A stretch of DNA of 64,000 bases from Macrostomum lignano. Lineage: Eukaryota. The DNA is taken from assembly GCA_002269645.1 (NCBI GenBank), contig NIVC01001944.1, positions 155,526 to 219,525 of the forward strand, read 5' to 3'. Shown one piece after another: positions 1 to 12,800 of this stretch; within the stretch, counting starts at the first letter, position 1; each line of letters begins with the position of its first letter. The position numbers and the translations under genes were made by a program. Below the pieces are notes generated by a model. It saw nothing but the letters and a program-made list of their open reading frames with translations. It searched no databases and had not been told where the DNA came from.

Positions 1-959
1 AAGTGCCCGGCGTTTCTCACGGTCCCAGCATGGAGCTTCGCGATTCTGACACCATTTTGCCTGGCCAATCAGAACCGACCATGCAACTCTCCGGCCTCCC
101 ATTGGCTGAGACCCTCAGTTGTAAACTCCTTATGCCTGAGAGAGGGGAGAGAGACAGACAGAAAACGCAGTGCAGAAAACGCAGGGTTTCAAGCAGCAGA
201 AGTTGGAAGTCTGCTTTGCTACTCGAAGAAGAAGAAGAAGCAGCGCTCTCCCAGACTCCTGTCTCACCCTCCCATTTGCTTTTTTTATCTTCCCTTTTTC
301 CCATCCATCGTGTCGCTTCCTTCCGGACATCCCGTCGCGTCCTAATTTCGAAAGACTCCGCGTGTCAGTCCATCTTCCCTGCAATTTAATTATCCCCAAC
401 TGCCTCTTATCCCTGCTCAAATGATAAATACCTCCTGAGCGGCTCTCGGCTTTCTCCCAAGAATTTGATTGACTGCTCGCTCGCTGTGCTCCGCCTGAGT
501 CCCCTCGAACAAGGTAAATATCAAGAGAGCTTATTTTGTTTAACTCAGCTCAATTGCTCAGAAATCAATGTCCGGTTGCTGAGTATTAAACAATGGGCGA
601 GGGACTTCTGTTTGCGCTGCCCCGGGGGGCCGGCCACGCCCACTGCCTGCTTCAATCAATCCTGTGCGAAAGTCAGTCGGGGGGGGGGTGAGAGAGAAAG
701 TGTATTTTTCTTTCAAGAAACTGGCAAACTCTCCTCGGGTCGGTTGGCCCAAGCGACGACTCAATTGACGTGTCAATCAAAATTATAAAGTTATAAAAAA
801 CTCGGTTAAGCCCCTGGCCTACCTTGATGACACTGATAAATCCCATCGCCTCGTGGAATTTTGAAGCATGTGGGCGCATGGCAACCGAGTTCGTGCAGTA
901 GCTCCGGGTTGCTACCGAACTTTGTATAAACATACTGCAGTCCTTGAGTTCTCTCCGGC

Positions 960-1600
960 TCTCCTTCCTCTCCCTCCACTCTCCCTCCACTGTCCCTCCA
1001 CTCTCCCTTCACTCTCCCTCCACTCTCCCTCCACTCTCCCTCCACTCTCCCTCCACTCTCCCTCCACTCTCCCTCCACTCTCCCTCGACTCTCCCTCCAC
1101 TCTCCCTCCACTCTCCCTCCACTCTCCCTCCACTCTCCCTCCACTCTCCCTCCACTCTCCCTCCACTCTCCCTCGACTCTCCCTCCACTCTCCCTCCACT
1201 CTCCCTCCACTCTCCCTCCACTCTCCCTCCACTCTCCCTCCACTCTCCCTCTACTCTCCCTTCACTCTCCCTCCACTCTCCCTTCACTCTCCCTCCACTC
1301 TCCCTCTACTCTCCCTCTACTCTCCCTCCACTCTCCCTCCACTCTCCCTCCACTCTCCCTCTACTCTCCCTCTACTCTCCCTCTACTCTCCCTCCACTCT
1401 CCCTCCACTCTCCCTCCACTCTCCCTCTACTCTCCCTCTACTCTCCCTCCACTCTCCCTCCACTCTCCCTCCACTCTCCCTCCACTCTCCCTCCACTCAC
1501 CCTTCACTCTCCCTCCACTTTCCCTCCATTCTCCCTCGACTCTCCCTCCTCTCTCCCTCCACTCTCCCTCTATTCTCCCTCCACTCACCCTTCACTCTCC
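960..1600. repeat. 11-bp minisatellite (CTCCCTCCACT)n
   Basis: Tandem unit read directly; the overlapping SLHSPSTLPP and GEWRESGGRV ORFs are repeat translations. Confidence 0.95.
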
Positions 1601-3934
1601 CTAAACTCGCCCTTCACTCTGCGATTGCTTTCACACAGCCTCTTTCTGTTCTCCTCTGTCAAGGCAGATGCATAGAAGCCTCAGCAGCTTGATTTCCGGT
1701 CCGCTGGCTCATGTATCCACAGGCACCGCACGGTCTGGCGTGGTGCCCAGTTGCTATAGTAGAAGCAGAGAGTTTGCCCACCTGAAAAGCCGAGCATTTT
1801 GCTACATTGCATTGCCCCAGAAATTCGTTCTAAAGCGCATTGCTGCTGGCGTGTAGGCGGTGGCTCCCCGGCAGTAAACTTATCCGAGCACTGGAACTGA
1901 GAGCCTGTAACCCACACCTGTGAGCCACCTGCAATTCGAGTGGCACCGCAGCGCTCCCGCATAGAACGGGAAGTCCATGGAGAGCAGGGAAGAAGCGGTT
2001 CAAAAGCTGCATTGCTAGAAAATTTCATAGGAAAATTTCCCCTTTTTCCCCATCCTCTTTTCTCCCACAACCTCCACTCCCTGCAGCATCTCCTTGCAGC
2101 GAGATCCGCTGCCCCCGGGTCTCAGGCAGCTTTGAGGATCTCTTGTAGCACTCTCTATATGGATGGGCTGGGAGGATGATGTCCTCAACAATATGGACTC
2201 CCAAAAAGCCCCCCCCCAGACAGACTGCAGGGCTGCCATCCCCCCAGCCCGAGGCGAAACAGGCTTTCCAATCAGCCGGGAGTTTCTCGCCCTCGCCCAA
2301 CCGTCTTTGTCCTTGAGATTCAAAGCTGCGAATGCAGGTCCTGCTCGCCTTTGAAGTGCTGCACAGGACACGCCAGGCGATCCTTGAACTGGCGGGCGGG
2401 CGACGACCTTGCAGCTGACAGACCCGGAGGTCCATTCCAATTAAGAAATGACAACTGGGGATCGGGATGCCCTTCGATTAGGAAATTGGGATGAAATGCG
2501 AACACATCAACTTCAGTGGGATTTTGAATAGCTATTAGAACTTTGAATTCCGTGTCGCTTGGCCAGAGGGTTAAGCGAAGCCGGCTGTGGTTAGTACGCA
2601 GCTCCTCTCAAAGCAGTCACTGTTAGATACTGACAATAAGAAGTCAGGGCTGTTTTACACCTTGCATGAGCGTGCTCAGGGGTCGCGGCACGTAAACTTT
2701 CACCCAAAAGCCTCTCAATTGCGTTGAAGCACCATAGACAGCGTTGGTAGGCTTACGGTAGGCTCCCATTGTCAGAGACCCAACGGAAGAGCACGAACCC
2801 CCTCCCCGCTGGCCGAATTAATTTCCTAGAAAAGCGCCGCTCCCCCGTCAGTTTCTGAGCGCCATCTCAAAGCCGAGAATGGCAAACGACTTTGTCAAAC
2901 TCCGGGCCGCTCCTCATCTGAAAGGGAAGCGGCAATGCCTGACAAGTTATTCCTCATCAGTCACTCGCGAGCTGGAGGCTGGGGCGAGCAACCAAAGGCA
3001 GCAAAAGCAGAGCCGGGTCAGCCTCATCACAGAGCAACAGCTCCCTGCTCTTCCTCCTTTGTGCCCTCCGCGCGCCTCGCCGCCACCGCAGCCACCGCCC
3101 GCCCTTTGTGCGTGGCCAGAGGCGGCGGCTCTCGCGGTCGAGAGCAGAAATTCGATTATTCCAAGTCGCTTCACTTTGCCGCGCGCAAGTTTTCTGTATT
3201 ATGATATTCCTCACCTCCGTTCCCAGATGAAGATGACTCACTGCGCTTGGAGACTTTTTTGTCTTCGCCTTTGAGCTGCTACGAGTGAAGGTAGAGATGC
3301 AGCTCTGATCCTGTCAGATCTGAGCACAGCTCCCGGTCTTCTCCCATTTGCCATTCCATTTATTTTTTCGCTGTCGCGGAACTGTGCAAACAGACTCCGA
3401 CATCATGCCGAACCTCCTTTTTGTCCAACAAAGAACTTCCCTTTCAAACCGCGGCTTTGGGGGCTGCCGGCTTATGTTTGAGTGGTCATTCTCGAATAAA
3501 TAAATGAATATTGGAGCTAAGCTTGTTTTTCCACAAAACATTTCCTCCATTGCGCATACGAGCTGCCCTGTACCTCCTGTTTGCCAAGGTTGATAGGACC
3601 TTCTCTATACTGTTTGCTGTCGGGCCTCCCCACCTGTCTGCAGTTGTCAGTGCAGGGTCAATATAAAAGCCTTTGAAGCGGATTCTGCCCCATGCCGACA
3701 GATCAACCCCTCCCCCCCTGCGCGCTCCCCCAGATTTCCCAAGACACCGATATCCCCGGCCTTTTATTGTCAACAATAAAAACCGCTTTTTATTAACGCC
3801 CTCGAGGTGTCGGCAGTGGCTGCTGCACTTTACGGATTCTGGACAGAGTGAAGTTGAATTGGTTGCCATGCGGAGCGATCCAATTATCAAACTGAGCTGA
3901 GTTCATGCTCCAGCACAACTTTATGTCTCACTTT

Positions 3935-4260
3935 GCCTCCCTTCTCCCCTCTCCTTCTCTCATCTCCCCTCTCTTCTCTCTTCTCTCCTCTCTTATCTCA
4001 TCTCTAATATTATCTCATCTCTCCTGACTAGCTCATCTCTCCTCTCTTCTCATCTCTTATCTCATCTCTTCTCTTATCTCTCCTCTCTTCTCTTCTCTTC
4101 TCTCATCTCTCATCTCATCTCTCCTTCGTTCTCTCATTTCTCCTCTCCTCTCTCATCTCATCTCTATTATCCAATCTCTCCTCTCTTCTCTCATCTCCAC
4201 TCTCTTCTCTCATCCCCCCTTCTCTTATCCTTCAGCGCCCTTATTTTCTCTCTATCCTTT
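3935..4260. repeat. Pyrimidine-rich degenerate (CTCTT/CTCAT)n low-complexity tract
   Basis: Read directly. Confidence 0.8.
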
Positions 4261-5344
4261 GCCCTCTCTTGTCTCAATGTTCCACCCACACCAGGCCGCA
4301 GGCAAAGCAAAGGTATCTTTAAAAATCGAACACTTCAGAGGATGAGAATCTGTAGACCAGAGAACGGCAGCCACTGAGAGAGCAGACACAGTTCCGACTG
4401 CTGGCTCTAAAAGCAGAAAGCAAAGTATCGAACGAAACTAGACCTTAGCAACAAGCTAAAAAATTGAAAATTTATTCAACCAAACTGCCCCAGTCGGCTT
4501 CTCCAGACTGCATCGATCCGAGCGCTGCGAGTTAATTACTGGACTGCGGACCCACCTGTCAGCGGGATGGGGGAGGGCGGTTGGCGACTCAAAAGTCAGT
4601 CTGGGTGTACACAGGCTGTCAGTCTAACGGCCTTGGAGATTTTAATCACTTTCAGCCGCGCAAGGGGGGGGGGGTTGAGGCTCTGCTAGAAAGCAATCGA
4701 TGAGCAGAGCTCTATATTTATTTTCACAGTTAACTAAGCACCATCGCCATTGTCCATTGTTGTCCTGGCCATTCTGCATCTTTCCGACTAAAAGCAAGAA
4801 ACTCAGTCTCAAACCTTAGTTGGTGTCAGTTTTCTGCGGCTGTGGGCTCCTCAAACAATGGAAGATCCGCCACCTCGAGACAGGGAGACCCATTGTTCTC
4901 ATAGATCCCGGATGTGGATCTCCAGTTGGCATCAGCCAAGGTCAGAGAACCGTTACAAACTTACATATAGAAAACTGACACTGAAAAACCTCCTTGACAA
5001 ATATGAACCCTGGGTCGGCTCGATGGCCGTGTCGGGTGTGCTCAGAGCAAACAGCTCAAGCCTGTTTCCAATGGGGTCTCAGTTCTGGAGCATTTGTTTA
5101 AATTGCGGATTAAAACTGGATTTATTGAACTTCCTGGCTAGGGCTTTTTGGGCTTCACTGCGGTGGGTTTTCTTTGAAGTTTTCGTTTCTTAGCAAAATA
5201 CGGCTGGTGCTGGAATCCCGCGTTCCGGTTCGCTCGCTTCCTCCGAACCTCGGAATCGAAATCTGCGAAGAGTGGCAACTGAGCTAGTGGCCCGTGACTG
5301 AAACCTATGCATGGACACCTGGACTGCCCGTCTGGACTGGGGTC

Positions 5345-6239
<895 letters not shown>

Positions 6240-6859
6240 TGCCGAGATCAAATACGAGCCGTCGGTTGGCTCAGGTGGGGCGCTGGGTCGAGCGTCAGGT
6301 TACGGTTCATATTCGGATGAAGGTGCTGAAGAGGCGGCCATTTGTCCCGAACCCCCCCCCCCCTTAAGCTGACGAAGCGAAAAAGTATCTCAAACAGAAG
6401 AAGTATAAATTATAATCATAAAAGAAGCCATAAGTTCTTGCCCGGCTCCACCAGGAAATTTCAGGATTTGCTTACGCGCGGTGTTTATCCACCCCCCCCC
6501 CCCTGGCGTGGCGCCGTAAAGGACCGAGACGGCCTGGGGTTGGTGCTGTGCAAATAAACCCAGCAGCCAGCAATAGTCTATCTTTCTCTCTTCTAGAAGC
6601 AAGTGCCAAACAGACCGGTTTGCTGCTGTCTTGGATGGGGCGCTGGGCGGCCCTGATCAAGGCACCTGGACTCAGTTTAGTTAGTCAGCTGATCGGGCCT
6701 CTGACAGTTCGCTTGATTTATTATTTCTGTTTGTCGCGGACTGAACTGACCCCTCATCCCCGACCCCCACCTCAAAGGCCGGGAGTGACAGCTTTCGATA
6801 CATATCGGGAGCTTCTACCGCAGGAGATTTTCCTTTTGTCTTTACCAACCTTTCTATTT

Positions 6860-7625
6860 TTATCTCCTGTCTCCCTTCTATCTCCCCTGTCTCCCTTCTG
6901 TCTCCCTTCTGTCTCCCTTCTGTCTCCCTTCTGTCTCCCTTCTGTCTCCCTTCTGTCTCCCTTCTGTCTCCCTTCTGTCTCCCTTCTGTCTCCATTCTGT
7001 CTCCCTTCTGTCTCCCTTCTGTCTCCCTTCTGTCTCCCTTCTGTCTCCCCTGTCTCCCTTCTATCTCCCCTGTCTCCCTTCTGTCTCCCTTCTGTCTCCC
7101 TTCTGTCTCCCTTCTGTCTCCCTTCTGTCTCCCTTCTGTCTCCCTTCTGTCTCCCTTCTGTCTCCCTTCTGTCTCCCCTGTCTCCTTTCTATCTCCCCTG
7201 TCTCCCTTCTGTCTCCCTTCTGTCTCCCTTCTGTCTCCCTTCTGTCTCCCCTGTCTCCCTTCTATCTCCCCTGTCTCCCTTCTATCTCCCCTGTCTCCCT
7301 TCTGTCTCCCTTCTGTCTCCCTTCTGTCTCCCCCTGTCTCTCTTCTGTCTCCCTTCTGTCTCCCTTCTGTCTCCCTTCTGTCTCCCTTCTGTCTCCCCCT
7401 GTCTCTCTTCTGTCTCCCTTCTGTCTCCCTTCTGTCTCCCTTCTGTCTCCCTTCTATCTCCCCTGTCTCCCTTCTGTCTCCCTTCTATCTCCCCTGTCTC
7501 CCTTCTGTCTCCCTTCTATCTCCCCTGTCTCCCTTCTGTCTCCCCGGTCTCCCTTCTGTCTCCCCTCTCTCCCTTCTGTCTCCCCCGGTCTCCCTTTTAT
7601 CTCCCCCCTGTCTCCCTTCTGTCTC
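6860..7625. repeat. 11-bp minisatellite (CTGTCTCCCTT)n
   Basis: Read directly. Confidence 0.95.
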
Positions 7626-7915
7626 CCTCTGTCAACAAGGGAGCACTGGAGGTGCTAATTGCTCCCTCCATTCCAACTGGCCCAAGCGCAGGTTGTCAAG
7701 GCCCCGCTCTCCAGCATTCTAATTTCTAACCAAAAAATTAAAGTCAGCTTTCAAGCCAATTTTTCCCAAACATTTTTTCAGTTTTTTTGCATAGAAAAAG
7801 AATAGAAGGGCGGAGCAGTCAGGGGTTGTTGTCACGGCGCTTCACCTCTGCCTCCACTAATATCCCCCTCACGGAGCCTCACAAAGATCCCTTTTACTCA
7901 CTTAGGTGACTGAGC

Positions 7916-7967
7916 CAAGGAATTCTAAACCTAGCAAGTCTAGACTTGCTAGGTTTAGAATTCCTTG
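7916..7967. mobile_element. 52-bp perfect palindrome flanked by a 7-bp direct repeat (ACTGAGC); minimal TIR element or hairpin footprint
   Basis: CAAGGAATTCTAAACCTAGCAAGTCT|AGACTTGCTAGGTTTAGAATTCCTTG; ACTGAGC at 7909-7915 and 7968-7974. Confidence 0.6.
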
Positions 7968-8354
7968 ACTGAGCACACACACACACAGGGAAGGAACTCC
8001 CTGACTGCATGGGGCCTGAGAAGTGGCAACTACCCTGAGTCGGGACGCACGGGCGCGCGAGCGGACTCAAAGCGGGGCTGCAGCTCTGGGCCCGCCCTCC
8101 TTAGGGAGAGCCCACTTAAAACTTCGTCCAGCACAGCCTGAGCTGCGGGCAATCATTTCTGCCTTGAATCCAGGAGCGAATTATGAGGGTTGCTGGGTTT
8201 CAAAAATTGGACTTGACAGGGACTTCAGTGTGAGGATCTGTTACGGTTTGGGGGACTTTAAATCCTTAGCGCAGTCTTCACTTCAGTAATAATGCATGCC
8301 GACGGGAGAGCCATTTTCGTAGCTCAGTGGCAGCCTCGGGTGGCCTTTTCATTT

Positions 8355-8760
8355 GTCCTTCCTCACTCTCTCCCTCTTCCTCACTCTCTCCCTCTTCCTC
8401 ACTCTCTCCCTCTTCCTCACTCTCTTCCTCTTCCTCACTCTCTCCCTCTTCCTCACTCTCTCCCTCTTCCTCACTCTCTCCCTCTTCCTCACTCTCTCCC
8501 TCTTCCTCACTCTCTCCCTCTTCCTCACTCTCTCCCTCTTCCTCACTCTCTCCCTCTTCCTCACTATCTCCCTCTTCCTCACTCTCTCCCTCTTCCTCAC
8601 TCTCTCCCTCTTCTTCACTCTCTCCCTCTTCCTCACTCTCTCCCTCTTCCTCACTCTCTCCCTCTTCCTCACTCTCTCCCTCTTCCTCACTATCTCCCTC
8701 TTCCTCACTCTCTCCCTCTTCCTCACTCTCTCCCTCTTCTTCACTCTCTCCCTCTTCCTC
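8355..8760. repeat. 18-bp minisatellite (CCTCACTCTCTCCCTCTT)n
   Basis: Read directly. Confidence 0.95.
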
Positions 8761-9853
8761 CATCCGCCTCATTCTCTATCTCTATTTCTATCACCCTCTC
8801 AATCTAACTATATCCCTCCCTCTACCTCACTGCCTACCTTTCGATCTCTATCTGAATCTCCCCCTACTCCATCTCCATCTACTTCTCCCTCGCCGAGTCA
8901 AACTCTATTTCAAGGCATTCCAGTCAAAGAAAGAGAGGATCGTGACACGCTCGAAATTCTCAGAAAGTTCCCCCAGTCTTGGGTCAGCTATGAACTCTAT
9001 CCAGCTACCTGCATTTCTCTGCAGTACTTTTCTATACCCTTGATTGTGATTGTCTCTGATGGGGCTTCGCACCTACACAGAGAGAATCTCCTTCTCCCAA
9101 TGCCTGCCGCGGATGGCCATCCAGCCAAGGTTATCTAAAATCAGATGGGACAGCTCCCCAGACTCAGGCTGCCACTTCAAAATCCCAGATCCTGGCAGTT
9201 ATGGCCAAGAGGATTAACAGCTGAGAGCGGGCGCGAGCTCGTCAGGGTTGTTACTAAGGCGGGGGGAGCGGGGATCTCCGAGCCCAGCGCGGGACACGCA
9301 CGGGGAGTTTAAGAAAACGAGTTCCGGGTCCCCGAGACTCGCTCGCAAAGTTTTCGGTCGGGAGGGGGGGCGCCTTCGAGCTCTTCTGGGGTCGGCGAGG
9401 CGTGGCTGATGAACGCGATGGAGCTCTGGCCCGTCGAGGACCCTCGACAGCTGCTGTGTTTTGGCTGGGATTCTGTAAGCAAGTGCTCGGTTCGAAAAGA
9501 ACCGGTTTGTTGGGAGGGAGCAACTGTTTCAGAGCAAATATGCAAAAAATTATTGTTCAGTTTCAATTATTCTCCGATAAGTTACACTGACAAAGGCTGC
9601 CTTTCTAACTCAATAGATGAACAAAGACTAGACAAGGAATCACAAATTGTTTTAAAAAGTCATATCGAATGAGGAAACTCATCAAAACAAAGACTTAATG
9701 AATGAGAAATCCCATCGGAACAAAGACTTTATGAATGAAAATTCTCATCGGAACAAAGACTTCTCAGAAAAAAGCAATCATCAAACCTTCATAAATTTCA
9801 TCCTCAGACGCTCCCAATGCCCATCTTGCCAGCCTGAAGCTTCCTCGCTAACG

Positions 9854-12800
9854 ATGCCCGGAGCCCAGCTGCTGCTGCTGCTGCTGCTGACGGCTCCATC
9901 CAGCTTGCTGAGCCTGCAGGTGGCAGCCGCCCCTCCCCTCTGTCGCTTCCGTGTGGAGGAGGAACTTCCGCTAGGAGCCACCATCGAGAACTCCAGCTTG
10001 TACACCTGCCTAGGACTCGATCCTCTGCCCGATGACGAGCTGACGCTGACCGAGCCGACCAGGCCCGACAGAGGCTGGGAGAAACTCCGCCAGCTGCTCA
10101 GCGTGGACGCGGCCACGGGTCAACTGAAGGTCGCGGGGCGGCTGGACCGCGAGAGCCCCGAGCTGCACTGCCCGGCGCGCCAGCAGCCCTGCCTGAAGAA
10201 TTTCCAGGCCCAGCTGCGCAACTTCCAGGCCAGGCGGATGCGCTCCGTGGAGCTGCAGCTGGCCATCGAGGACAAGAACGACAATGACCCGGCGTTCGGC
10301 ACCGAAGGCAGAATCGTTGAGGTCAAGGAGAACTCCATGGGCCAGCGCCGGCCGCTGCCATCGGTGACGGACCCGGACGCTGGGGACAACGGCCGCGTCC
10401 AGGTGCACATCATCCAGAGCGGCCCGGAGCAGCGGGGCGAGCCGCAGGACCGCCTGGACCGAAGCGGCGGGCAGCTGGCGCTGCTGCTGCGGGACAGGCT
10501 GGACTTCGAGGTCACGCGGAACTACAGCCTCACACTGCAGGCCTGCGACCGCGGACTGCAGCCGCGGTGCACCACGGCGGAGCTGCTAGTCCGCGTGCTG
10601 GATGAGAACGACAACGCGCCGAAGTTCGACAGGGCGGTGTACCGCTTCGAGGCGGTGCCGGAGGACCTGTACCAACTGGGGCAGCGGCGCCTGGTCGGCA
10701 AGGTGGCCGCCACCGATGCGGACGACGGCGAGAACTCCAGAATCGTCTACGACATCATCGCGGAGCCGGGACAGTCGGCCGCAGCGTCGGCTTTCGAGGT
10801 TGACGCCGACTCTGGCAAAGTGTACCTGGTTGGCCCGGTCAATGCGGCAGCCGACGCGAACATCGAGCTGAGGATTCGAGCGACCGACTGTGGGGAGGTG
10901 TCGCAGTGGGCCGAGACGCGAGTGCAGGTGGGTTGCTCCTCTTGTCATGTCCTCTTGTCAGCTCCTCTTGTCAGCCCCTCTTGTCAGCTCCTTAGTTTCT
11001 TGTCAGCATATAACCTATACTCAGCTCATTAGCCGTCCGCTCTTACCTGAAAAGTCGCCGTGCCTACCCGCTCCCAACGCTCCAGATTCCCATAATGGAC
11101 GTGAACGATCACCGGCCGCAAGTGAAACTGCAGTTTCAAGCTCAGAGCCAGGGACTTGTGCGACCGATGCTCCCGGAAGGAACTCCGGCGCCGCACTTGG
11201 TCACCTATTTGGAGGTCAGAATTTTTCGCCTGCTGAGGTTCAGGGTTGGTGAAGTTTCGGGTTGGTGAAGTTTCGGGTTGGTGAAGTTTCAGGTTGGTGA
11301 AGTTTCGGGTTGGTGAAGTTTCGGGTTGGTGAAGTTTCGGGTTGGTGAAGTTTCGGGTTGGTGAAGTTTCGGGTTGGTGAAGTTTCGGGTTGGTGAAGTT
11401 TCGGGTTGGTGAAGTTTCGGGTTGGTGAAGTTTCGGGTTGGTGAAGTTTCGGGTTGGTGAAGTTTCGGGTTGGTGAAGTTTCGGGTTGGTGAAGTTTCGG
11501 GTTGGTGAAGTTTCGGGTTGGTGAAGTTTCGGGTTGGTGAAGTTTCGGGTTGGTGAAGTTTCGGGTTGGTGAAGTTTCGGGTTGGTGAAGTTTCGGGTTG
11601 GTAAAGCTTCGCGTTCGTCAAGCTTCATCAACTGAAAAGTTCCCGTCGCACTTTCTGCAGGTCAGCGATGGCGACCTCGGCGACAACGGCCGCGTGACGT
11701 GCAGCCTGGGCGCCGGGCCGGGCAGCTCGCACTTCGCGCTTTTCCCCCTGCCGGGCTCGCCCAGCTTCTACCAGGTGAACGCCACCCGCGTGTTCGACCG
11801 CGAGCAGCAGGCCGCAGCCAGCTTCGAGGTCGTCTGCCGGGACCGCGGCCTGCCAACCTCCCTGAGCTCCAGCACCACAGTCACGGTGGACATAGGCGAC
11901 GTCAACGAGTGGCCGCCGGAATTCAACCAGAGCACTTTCACCGGCAACTCGGTGCCCGAGAACCAAGCCGGCGCTTTCGCCGCCCGAGTCTTCGCTGTCG
12001 ATGCAGACGCCACGGCGAGCCTCGTCTACTCGATCAGCGACGAAGGCGACGCCAAGGGCTGCTTCGTCATGGACAACCGGACCGGGGAGATTCGAACGAG
12101 GCGGCCGCTGGACCGGGAGAGCCCGGTCTTCCTGCCCCAACGGCGCCCGATCTTCGTGATCACCGTGCGCGCGTCCGACGGCCTGCAGGCCGCCACGGCG
12201 CGGGTCGAGATCGAGGTCACCGACGTCAACGACAACCCGCCGCTGCTGGTCGGCTCCGGCCTGCTGTACACCAACGAGTCCTTTGCCGATTCGACCATCT
12301 GGGACAGGACGATCGACGATCTGGAGTACAGCGACGCGGACTCGAATGAGAACGCGATGGCGGAATTCAGCGTGTTGAGCACGGAGCCCGAATCGGACAA
12401 CGTCACATTCGCGGTCAGCAGCTCCGGCAGGTTGTCGGTCAGTGGCCGGCTGGACCGGGAGGCCCGCAGCCGCTACTTGCTGAAGGTTCTGTTACGGGAC
12501 AGGGGCATGCCAAAGATGTCCTCGACTGCGACCGTCACAGTCAGCCTGATGGACCTCAACGATAATGCCCCTGTGGTGGAGGACCCGACCTTCCACCAGG
12601 TGAGCGGTGACTGCGGAGAAACCAATTACATCTATCCCGAATCCCCAATCCTGAATCTCGAATCCTGAATCCCGAATCCTGAATCCCGAATTCTGAATCC
12701 CGAATCTACAACCCCCAGTCCCGAATCTACAATCCCCAGTCCCGAATCTACAATCCCCAGTCCCGAATCTACAATCCCCAATCCCGAATCTACAATCCCC

